From Thermoplasmata archaeon (GTDB lineage: Archaea > Thermoplasmatota > Thermoplasmata > Lutacidiplasmatales > UBA184), in contig JAVYSA010000001.1 of the NCBI GenBank assembly GCA_038729445.1, positions 12,300-76,299 of the forward strand: 64,000 nucleotides of DNA. Reading direction: 5' to 3'. Below are positions 1-7,456 of the stretch, in pieces. The position numbers were made by a program, and so were the translations under genes. The notes under the pieces were generated by a model. It searched no databases. It was not told the DNA's origin and was given only the letters and a program-made list of their open reading frames with translations. Numbering within the stretch: position 1 is the stretch's first letter; every line of letters begins with the position of its first letter.

Positions 1-1600
1 TGACGTCGACGCACAGGGCGTAGTTCTTCACCAGCCCGCAGTTCTGCCCCTCGGGGGTCTCGTTGGGGCACAGGCGCCCGAACTGCGTGGGGTGGAGATC
101 GCGGGCCTCGAAGTGGGGCTGCGTCCGGGTCAGGGGGCTCGTGACCCGGCGCAGGTGGCTGATCGCCGACATGTGGCTGGTCCGGTCGAGGACCTGGCTC
201 ACGCCGGAGCGCCCGCCGACCCAGTTGCCGGTGGCGAGCGCGTGGCCGAGGCGCTGCGTCAAGAGGTCCGGCCGGATCGCGCTCGCGATCCGTAGGTCCT
301 TCTTGCGCGCGAACGACCGCTCGAGCTGGTACTTGAGGTCCTTGAGGAGCAGGCCGAAGGCGACCCGGAAGAGGTCCTCCATCAGGTCGCCGGCGAGCTT
401 GAGGCGCTTGTTGGCGTAGTGGTCCTTGTCATCCTCCCCGCGCTGCTTGAGGTGCAGCTCAAGGACGGTCCGGGCCATCCGGCCGAGGTAGAGGGCCTTC
501 TTCAGCCGGTCGGCGCTCGTGTCGCCGAGGTGCGGGAGCAGCGAGCGGTCGAGGATGCCGTCGACCTTCCGCTGGCGGAACTCCTTGGCCTGGCCCGTCG
601 CGAACTTCTTCTCGAGGAAGAGCAGCGCGTCCTGGGTCGTCTGGATCCCCTCGGGAGGGTAGGTCTTCTTGGAGAGGGACTCCTCGATGTTGACGTTGAG
701 CAGGTGCTTCATCGTCTGGACGAACGGCTCGTCCAGCGGCATCAGTTCGCCGAGCACCGCCTGGAAGATCTCCTCGTCGTTCTTCATCCCGAGGGCCTTC
801 ATCAGCACGACCAGCGGGATCTGGCCGCTGGCGCTCGGGACGCTGACCTGAAGGATCCCCTCGCGCTTCTTCTCGACGACGGTGAGGGAGCGGTACCCGC
901 CGCGCTGGCTGAAGACCTTCGCGCTCTCGACCGGTGTGCCGTAGCGCTCGCTGTACTCCGCGAAGATGCGGTTCGGGGCGAGATCCTCGAGGCTGATGAT
1001 GACCCGCTCGGTCCCCCCGATGATGAAGTATCCGCCCGGGTCGAGGGGGTCCTCCCCGTACTCCACGAGCTTGGCCCGGTACTCCTCGTCCGAGATCGGG
1101 AAGCCGCTGTCCCGCTCGATGTTGACCCGGTTGAGGTTGCAGGGCCGGCTCTTGACCATGATCGGGAGATCGCCGATGTGGACGTTCTCGGGGGCCCGCT
1201 CGACCCCGTTCTCCACGACGGTGACGTTGAGGAAGATAGGGGCCTGGTAGGTCAGGTTCCGCAGCCGCGCCTCCATCGGGGTGAGCGTCGGCTTCGACCC
1301 GACCGGCTCCTTGACGAACGGCTGGCCGACGAAGATCGTGGGCTCCGCGGACGGGCTCACGGCCCCGGTGCGGGGGTCCCGCCGGCGCCCGACCCGGACG
1401 TAGATCGAGCTCTTCGTCTTCTGCACGTCGAGGCGGACGAGCCCGCGATCGTTTGTCTCGTCGCTGACGCGGGCCTCGTCGACGATCCGCTGCATCCGCG
1501 AGTTCGGATTGTCGTTGGTCGGCAGGAAGTCGTTGAAGCTCGCCAGATGGTGGTTGACGATCGACCGCTCCCGGAAGAATGCATCGACGATCTCGCGCAT
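1..1600 (-). CDS. rpoB: DNA-directed RNA polymerase subunit B (Rpo2), 3' end runs off the window
   Basis: Manual translation from the ATG at 1600: MREIVDAFFRERSIVNHHLASFNDF...PMEARLRNLTY...DPGGYFIIGGTERV...DDKDHYANKRLKLAGDL...GRLCPNETPEGQNCGLVKN. It lies directly downstream of rpoH. It is missing from the ORF track because it has no stop inside the window. Confidence 0.97.
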   Translation of the reverse strand, partial: MREIVDAFFRERSIVNHHLASFNDFLPTNDNPNSRMQRIVDEARVSDETNDRGLVRLDVQKTKSSIYVRVGRRRDPRTGAVSPSAEPTIFVGQPFVKEPVGSKPTLTPMEARLRNLTYQAPIFLNVTVVENGVERAPENVHIGDLPIMVKSRPCNLNRVNIERDSGFPISDEEYRAKLVEYGEDPLDPGGYFIIGGTERVIISLEDLAPNRIFAEYSERYGTPVESAKVFSQRGGYRSLTVVEKKREGILQVSVPSASGQIPLVVLMKALGMKNDEEIFQAVLGELMPLDEPFVQTMKHLLNVNIEESLSKKTYPPEGIQTTQDALLFLEKKFATGQAKEFRQRKVDGILDRSLLPHLGDTSADRLKKALYLGRMARTVLELHLKQRGEDDKDHYANKRLKLAGDLMEDLFRVAFGLLLKDLKYQLERSFARKKDLRIASAIRPDLLTQRLGHALATGNWVGGRSGVSQVLDRTSHMSAISHLRRVTSPLTRTQPHFEARDLHPTQFGRLCPNETPEGQNCGLVKNYALCVDV

Positions 1601-1603
1601 GCC

Positions 1604-1942
1604 CTACGACCCTCCCACGTTCGCGACGATGACCCGATAGGCAATGGACAGGCCGGCGGTCTCGCTCGGCCGCCGGATCCGGACGAGCCGGCCGACCAGG
1701 TTCTCCCCGGCCTCCCGGGCCCTCGCGTAGCCCGGATCTGTGTTGAGCCCCGGGTCCTGCAGCAGGATCTTCGGCAGGCGCTCCGGGCTCGTGCGGAGCT
1801 CCGCGAGCACGCGGGCCGACTCTTCCTCGCTCAGGATCTCGTGGGGGGGCACCAGAAGGTGGGCCACGAACGGCCGATCGGTGGCCGCGGGGGTCTTGCG
1901 CGAGCGCTTGGCGCTGCGGGCGGTGGGTCGACGGGAGCTCAT
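1604..1942 (-). CDS. rpoH: RNA polymerase subunit H (Rpo5)
   Basis: HLLVPPHEILSEEE...LPKILLQDP...RIRRPSETAGLSIAYRVIV; canonical rpoH-rpoB order. Confidence 0.95.
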   Translation of the reverse strand: MSSRRPTARSAKRSRKTPAATDRPFVAHLLVPPHEILSEEESARVLAELRTSPERLPKILLQDPGLNTDPGYARAREAGENLVGRLVRIRRPSETAGLSIAYRVIVANVGGS

Positions 1943-1963
1943 GGATCACCTGGGAGGGGGATG

Positions 1964-2106
1964 TGGGCCCGGGGGGAATCCCGGTCCGGCCCTCCGCCCA
2001 GCGGGCGACCGGACGTTCGAACCCCCGACCAACTGGTTAAAAGCCAGCTGCTCTGTCCCGGGCCCCCGCGCGCCGCGGGCGGCCGACCGGGCTGAGCTAC
2101 GGGCCC
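1964..2106 (-). tRNA. tRNA-Lys(UUU) with two non-canonical introns (D-loop 20/21 at 2055-2085; T-loop 59/60 at 1978-2015)
   Basis: The minus strand reads GGGCCCG TA GCTC AGCCCGGT[31 nt]AGAGC A GCTGG CT TTT AA CCAGT TGGTC GGGGG TTCGAA[38 nt]T CCCCC CGGGCCC A. Removing both inserts gives a complete cloverleaf, and both inserts are flanked by BHB-type motifs. Confidence 0.93.
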
Positions 2107-2165
2107 GTCGCTGCCCCCGGCCGCGCCGACCGGGCCGGTGTATTTCAGGCTAGCCGTCCGGGAGC

Positions 2166-2468
2166 TCACTGCAGGCTCTCCAGCTGCGACATGATCGACC
2201 AGATCGCGGTCCGGCCGTGCGAGGGGAGGTTCGGGTCGTTGGCGAGCTCGTCCAGGACGGACAGCGCCCCGGCGATGCGGACGTCCCGGGCGACCGTCGC
2301 CCGCGAGAGGGCCTCCCGGGCCGCGATCGCGGCCCGGCGGACGTTGCGGGGCACCGAGCCGTCGTCCCCGAGCGCGGTGAGCGAGGCGGTGATCCGCCCG
2401 AGGCCACCGGTGTCGGGATCCGCCCCGGCCGGAGCGGAGGAGCCGCGGGTGAGGGAGGGGGAGCTCAT
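2166..2468 (-). CDS. UPF0147 family protein
   Basis: DGSVPRNVRRAA...LDELANDPNLPSHGRTAIWSIMSQLESL matches the archaeal UPF0147 pattern. Confidence 0.88.
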   Translation of the reverse strand: MSSPSLTRGSSAPAGADPDTGGLGRITASLTALGDDGSVPRNVRRAAIAAREALSRATVARDVRIAGALSVLDELANDPNLPSHGRTAIWSIMSQLESLQ

Positions 2469-2803
2469 GGACGCGGCACCTCCCCGCCCTCCTTGTAGGC
2501 GGTGACGACGAGGAGCGTCTTGGTCTCCCGGATCCCCCGGACCCCCGGCAGGCGGTGCAGGACGAACTCCTTGAGCTCGTCGTAGTGCGGGAAGCGGACC
2601 TTCAGGAAGATGTCGGTGTCCCCGGTGACGAGGTAGACGTCCTCCACCTCGACGAACTTGGCGACCTCACCGGCCACCGCGTCGGCCTCGGAGGTCTCGA
2701 CCTTGAGGGCGATGAGCGCGACGACGTGGTCGTCCCCCCAGACCTTCGTGAAGGCGCTCTCCACGCTCCGGCTCACGGGGGGCTTCGGGTTCGGGCGTTC
2801 CAT
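2465..2803 (-). CDS. Lrp/AsnC ligand-binding (RAM) domain protein
   Basis: VEDVYLVTGDTDIFLKV...LPGVRGIRETKTLLVV; SD-like GGAGG upstream; no HTH domain. Confidence 0.88.
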   Translation of the reverse strand: MERPNPKPPVSRSVESAFTKVWGDDHVVALIALKVETSEADAVAGEVAKFVEVEDVYLVTGDTDIFLKVRFPHYDELKEFVLHRLPGVRGIRETKTLLVVTAYKEGGEVPRP

Positions 2804-2891
2804 GCTCTCCTCCCTTTGGACTCCCTTCCGACCGTGCGGCGCGATCTCCCCCTCGTTCCCCGCGGATGCCGACCCGGATCTCCCGATGCCG

Positions 2892-3065
2892 TCAGGTGTC
2901 CGGGGTCGACTCGAACTCCTCTTGGAGGTCGTTGATCACCTGATCGATCACGGCACTGCCCGACGTGCCCCGGTACTCCCGGACCCCGCCGGCCTCGCTC
3001 GAGACGCGGGCGATCGTCTCCGATCCGCCCCGGAGGAATTCGACATTGCAGATGAGCTCCTCCAC
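2892..3065 (-). CDS. Small acidic hypothetical protein (57 aa)
   Basis: GTG start, MEELICNVEFLRGGSETIARVSSEAGGVREYRG...DQVINDLQEEFE. Protein-like composition, with an AT-rich promoter-like box at about 3106-3119. It is the 3' part of the spurious 485-aa ORF. Confidence 0.7.
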   Translation of the reverse strand: MEELICNVEFLRGGSETIARVSSEAGGVREYRGTSGSAVIDQVINDLQEEFESTPDT

Positions 3066-3232
3066 CGGCGGCCGCCCCCCCGAGCGACGGGCCGAAAATG
3101 CCCCCCTATTTATGATTATGCCGAGCCTCCGGTCGCGGGGGGCCGGAAGGGGGTTCGGGGCCGGGTCCGGTGCGCCCCGCCGCGAAGCGGTCGATCGGCC
3201 CGGCCCTGGGTCCCCGTCCTTCGGGATCCCGC

Positions 3233-6200
3233 CTACGGCCGGGGTGCCCCGCAGCGAGAGCAGAAATGGTCGGACTCGGCGAGCGGGGCCCCGCAGTGGA
3301 CGCAGGCGGCAGGAGGCGGCGGGGCCGCGGGAGCCGAGGGCGCGGACGGCGAGGGGGAGGAGGGGGCGAGCCGCTCCCGGCGCTCGGAGCGGCGCCCGAG
3401 GGTGGCCCCTGCGGCCGCGACCGCCCCGAACGCCGCCGCGAGGCCAAGGACGAGAAGGAGCGCCGGAAGACCGCAGGCGCCGAAGAGGCAGAACCGGTCC
3501 AGCAGGGAGCTCACCGAGTTCCCGCTCGCCGCGAAGCCGATGCCGATCGACACGCCGCTCCCGTGGACCGCGAACGATCCGTTCTGCGGGGTCGCGAGAT
3601 ACCCCGGGACCGACCCGACGGTGAACGCGTAGCTTCCATTCGGAAGCGACCAGACGATCGCCCCCGGCGCGCCCGCGGCCTGGGTGGACCCGCCGATCGA
3701 CACCGACCAGGTGCCGGAGGGAAGCCCGCTCTCCGTGAAGACGACCCGGTAGAGCGTCTGGTTCCAGCGCACGAGGACCGGGGGTGGGTTGAGCCCGGCG
3801 ACCACGATCGTGCCCCCGTACCCGTTCGCCCGCCAGCCCGGCACGTTGCCGATCCGGTAGGAATAGCTCCCGTTGCCCAATGCGAAGCCGAGCATGAGTC
3901 CGGTGCTGGTCTGGGTGATGTTTCCCACCGATGCGCTCCACGGGAGCCCCGGAAGTCCTTGGGAGAGCACCGAGGCGAAGTAGGTCCCCCGAGGCATCGG
4001 CACGAAGGGGACCGCCACGGTGGCCGGGCCCGCGCCTCCGACCGTGACGACGCCGGTTCCCGGGCTCGCACGGTAGGCGCTCCCCGTGGTGAACGCTGCC
4101 CAAGGGTAGCTGCCCCAGGCGACCGAGAGCGACAGGGCCGATGCGGTGGTCGTGGCGATCGTGCCACCGAGGTCGACCGACCAGGCGGTTCCGGCCGGAA
4201 GGCCCGTCGCGTTGAACTGGACCGTCTGGTGCGTCTGGGACCGGTTTGCGGGGTTGCCGGCGAATGCGGTCGCATACATGGCGATCCCCTGCGTCCGGCT
4301 CCCGTTCGCGTAGCCGAAGCCCCAGGACGACGGCCCGCTCGGGGTCCAACTGAGGTTCGCCGCGGCCTCGCTCGTCTGGCTCCCGAAGTATCCGAAGGAG
4401 GAGGACAGGGGAGCCGGGACGTAGGAGGGGCTCCCGGTCATCTCAAGGTAGGCCGCGGCGACACCGGTCGTCGCCGGCCCGAAGTGCCCGAGTCCCCCGG
4501 TCGGCCCCCCCAGGAGGCCGAACTGCGGGACGAGGCCCCAGGGGGCCTCCTCCGACGGGTACGGACCGTCGGTGTACTGCTGTCCCTGCCAGTAGTAGGA
4601 ATAGTTCTCTCCCGCGATGATGTACTGTCCCCCGGGGAGGGGCAGCGAGAGCCGCACGGAGTTCACCTGGAAGTCGAGCATCGCCGACGCGCCGTAGCCC
4701 GCGATCGCGCTCGTGATCGTCCATGCGAACGGCGCCTGGCCGAGGCTGCCGTTCACGGGGAAGTTGTAGAGGTAGACGGACTGGTCGGGGTAGAGCCCAT
4801 AGAAGGGGTAGATCACCCAGCCGGTGAAGTTGATCGACCAGCGGGCCGGCGTCCCCGAGAGGAAGATGACGTTCTGGACCCAGTAGAGCGGTGCGCCGAG
4901 GCTGTTCGCGACGAAGAAGTTCTGCTGGACGGAGGCGTTGTAGGTGGCGTCCGGGCCGCTGCTCGTGACCTCGAGAGCGTTGAGCTGAAGCACGTCGCGC
5001 ACGCCCCGGGCGGAGAACGGGGCCCCGGCGTAGGTGTCGTTGAGGACGAACGCGGTGAAGTTGTAGGCGTCCAGCGAACCCCACCCGGTGACGAGGTCGT
5101 ACCCGACCGCGGCCGGGTAGAGGTAGTTCTGGCCCCGGACGACGTCGTTCACGGGGGTCGCGGGGAGCACGGAACGCCATCCGCCGGTGAAGACCGCGCC
5201 GACCGGGGTCGTCCCGGCGGTCGGCTGCTGGAGGAGCTCGTTCGCCCACGCGTAGACAACCGGGTCGACGAACCCGAGCGCGGGCTGCCCGTAGGCCGCC
5301 AGGACGGCGTCGATCTCGGCCAGGAGACCGGCGGTGACAGGGCAGGCGATCGATGTCCCGATCAGCGTGGCGGAGGCGCCCCCGAGCTCGATGATGGTGT
5401 TGTTCGCGACCGCGGAGAGGTCGGGGGTTCCCCGCTGCCCGCCCTGCCCGTATTGGTCGATGTACGTCCGGGCCTCGGTGCCCGCCTGCCAGGAGGGCAT
5501 GGCGTACTGGGTGCTGGTCCCTCCGGAGCTCCCGTAGCCGGGCCCCGGTTCGTACCAGGCGACCTGGCTCGCGATGTGCAGGTAGGACGGCCCGGCCGAC
5601 GTGACCAGCGTGAGGGTCGTGCCCCCGACCCCGATGGTCCCGTAGGTGTCGAACCCGACGGAGGAGGGAAACTCCACCGCGGTCCCGACCCACGCGGGGG
5701 AGTTCGGGTTGTCCCCCGCGTCGCCGGTCGCGGCGAGGACCGTGATCCCGCGGGCCGCCGCCTCCTGCATGTAGCCGCTCCATGCGGCATCGACCCGGTC
5801 GGATCCTCCCCAGGAGTTCGACACCACGCTCACGTTGTCGAGCCCCGGCGTCGAGGTCGGGTTGAGGATGTACGCCATCGCCGCATCGGCGTCGCTGGTG
5901 TAGTCCGAGGGCCCGTAGACGTTGTAGATCGTCGCCCCCGGCGCGGTGCTGCCGACCATCGAGAGGTCGAGGGTGTTCTCCTCGACGGCGTTGGTGACGT
6001 CCCGGCTCGCCGACGGGCCTGGGGGAGGGGCCCCACCCAGCGGAACACCGTAGACCGGCGAGTGGGGCTGTCCTGCGGGCAGGGTCGTGTTGAAGTAGCC
6101 GTAGACGTCGCTCGGATCGAACGGCGCCGTCAGGTCCCCGCTCGGGCACGGCTGGGTGGTGACGGTGCAGCCGGCCCACAGGATCGTCGCGACGACCTCC

Positions 6201-7048
6201 GCGGTCGGCATCGCGATCTGGAGGAGCCCCTGCTCGTCGTAGGCGACCTGCAAGTCCGCCCCGTACAGGTACTGGGTCCCCCCGACCTCGACCGGCGACG
6301 GGTAGCCGTCGACCCTCGCCGGAGCGGAGGGGAGGCCGGCCGGATGCTGCGGGGGGCCGGCGAGCGTGGGAGCCAAGGGCGCCCCGCTCGACAGGCCGAT
6401 CACCTGCTGGACGTCCCTCGCGATCGGGCCCGGGAGCGTCGGGCGGCCCAAGGGGAGGTAGAACGGCCCACCCGAGGCCGACCGGGCGGAGCCGAACCCG
6501 ATCCCGAACGCCGCGCCCAGGGCCCGGGCGGGGCCCTGCAGCAGGATGCCGCTGCGGTCGGCGAAGGTCATCGCCGTGACCCCCGGGAAGGAGGCGAAGT
6601 ACCGCGCGGCGTCCGCATAGGCCGTCAGGTTTCCCGCGAAGGCCGCATCGAACTCCGTCCGGGTCAGGTAGCGGTGGTACTCCGGGCTTGACGGATCGGA
6701 GAGGTTCGCCAGCAGCGACGCCAGCGCGGCCGGATGGGAGAAGGGGAACGACACGAAGACCGAGACCGGGCCGGAGTAGGGCCCGACGATCGCGGGATCG
6801 AGCGGGAGTCCCGCGTCGGCCGGGACCGGCAGCCTCGGAGCCGAGAGGAGGGAGGAGAGAGGCGCCCCGACCTCGGTGAGCGCCACGGAAGCCCCTCCGG
6901 AAGAGGGCAGGGACGGGGAAGCGGCGGCCGTCGGCGCCACCACCGAAAGGGCGCTGACCGCGAGGATCGCCGCGGCGACGATCGGTCCCCAGCGGGGGAT
7001 CCCCGCCGCCCTCCGCCGATGCCCACCGGCGACGCGCTCCCGCTCCAC
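3233..7048 (-). CDS. Secreted, membrane-anchored S53 (sedolisin/kumamolisin) peptidase with pro-domain, thermopsin-like domain, beta-rich repeats, C-terminal TM helix and zinc ribbon
   Basis: Signal-like hydrophobic segment; pro-domain DPSSPEYHRYLT; EENTLD, SNSWG, AATGDAG, GGTTL, RGTPDLSAVA, GTSIACP, GYDLVTGWGS; ASVQQN...YWVQNV; F-x-ESGLPSGTWSV repeats; CVHCG...FCSRCG. Start is approximate (GTG 7048). Confidence 0.88.
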   Translation of the reverse strand: MERERVAGGHRRRAAGIPRWGPIVAAAILAVSALSVVAPTAAASPSLPSSGGASVALTEVGAPLSSLLSAPRLPVPADAGLPLDPAIVGPYSGPVSVFVSFPFSHPAALASLLANLSDPSSPEYHRYLTRTEFDAAFAGNLTAYADAARYFASFPGVTAMTFADRSGILLQGPARALGAAFGIGFGSARSASGGPFYLPLGRPTLPGPIARDVQQVIGLSSGAPLAPTLAGPPQHPAGLPSAPARVDGYPSPVEVGGTQYLYGADLQVAYDEQGLLQIAMPTAEVVATILWAGCTVTTQPCPSGDLTAPFDPSDVYGYFNTTLPAGQPHSPVYGVPLGGAPPPGPSASRDVTNAVEENTLDLSMVGSTAPGATIYNVYGPSDYTSDADAAMAYILNPTSTPGLDNVSVVSNSWGGSDRVDAAWSGYMQEAAARGITVLAATGDAGDNPNSPAWVGTAVEFPSSVGFDTYGTIGVGGTTLTLVTSAGPSYLHIASQVAWYEPGPGYGSSGGTSTQYAMPSWQAGTEARTYIDQYGQGGQRGTPDLSAVANNTIIELGGASATLIGTSIACPVTAGLLAEIDAVLAAYGQPALGFVDPVVYAWANELLQQPTAGTTPVGAVFTGGWRSVLPATPVNDVVRGQNYLYPAAVGYDLVTGWGSLDAYNFTAFVLNDTYAGAPFSARGVRDVLQLNALEVTSSGPDATYNASVQQNFFVANSLGAPLYWVQNVIFLSGTPARWSINFTGWVIYPFYGLYPDQSVYLYNFPVNGSLGQAPFAWTITSAIAGYGASAMLDFQVNSVRLSLPLPGGQYIIAGENYSYYWQGQQYTDGPYPSEEAPWGLVPQFGLLGGPTGGLGHFGPATTGVAAAYLEMTGSPSYVPAPLSSSFGYFGSQTSEAAANLSWTPSGPSSWGFGYANGSRTQGIAMYATAFAGNPANRSQTHQTVQFNATGLPAGTAWSVDLGGTIATTTASALSLSVAWGSYPWAAFTTGSAYRASPGTGVVTVGGAGPATVAVPFVPMPRGTYFASVLSQGLPGLPWSASVGNITQTSTGLMLGFALGNGSYSYRIGNVPGWRANGYGGTIVVAGLNPPPVLVRWNQTLYRVVFTESGLPSGTWSVSIGGSTQAAGAPGAIVWSLPNGSYAFTVGSVPGYLATPQNGSFAVHGSGVSIGIGFAASGNSVSSLLDRFCLFGACGLPALLLVLGLAAAFGAVAAAGATLGRRSERRERLAPSSPSPSAPSAPAAPPPPAACVHCGAPLAESDHFCSRCGAPRP

Positions 7049-7175
7049 GACCGATCCGCGATCCCTCCGTCGGCCGAGGCGGCGCGCCCAAGATAATCCT
7101 TCCCGACCGGGGGCGCGGCTCCGCCCGGGGCGCGCCGGCATGCCGTTATGTAACGCCGTGCCTCCCCGGGATGGG

Positions 7176-7448
7176 ATGGAGCCCTCGGGACCCCTCCGCG
7201 GCACCACGGTGGAGGTCCGGGTCGAGCTCAAGGCGGAGGTCCTCGACGCCGAGGCGGAGGCGATCCAGCGGTCCCTCGGCCTCCTGGGGATCGAACCGGC
7301 GCCCCGGGTGCGTACGGCCCGCATCTTCTCCCTCGCCTTCCCCGGGATCGGCCCGGCCGAGGCGGAGGCCCGGGCGCGGACGGCCGTCGATCTCCTGCTC
7401 GCCAATCCGGTCGTGCACACCGTCACCCTGACGACGCGGGGCGACTAG
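7176..7448 (+). CDS. purS: Phosphoribosylformylglycinamidine synthase subunit PurS
   Basis: VEVRVELKAEVLDAEAEAIQRSL...LLANPVVH; directly upstream of purL. Confidence 0.9.
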   Translation: MEPSGPLRGTTVEVRVELKAEVLDAEAEAIQRSLGLLGIEPAPRVRTARIFSLAFPGIGPAEAEARARTAVDLLLANPVVHTVTLTTRGD

Positions 7449-7456
7449 GGCCGGGG

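Noticed and set aside
1939..2169. 76-aa ORF upstream of rpoH
   Set aside because: It overlaps the intron-containing tRNA-Lys, which fully explains the sequence.
3121..3232. GC hairpins (GGGCCGGGTC/GGCCCGGCCC) as possible SRP or other ncRNA
   Set aside because: Too short, lacks the conserved SRP helix-8 motif, and such pairing is expected by chance at this GC content.
3170..6691. 1173-aa plus-strand ORF (similarly 14846..18928, 16356..19598, 57656..61468 and many other R/P/G-rich ORFs)
   Set aside because: These are shadow or off-frame ORFs over well-supported genes.
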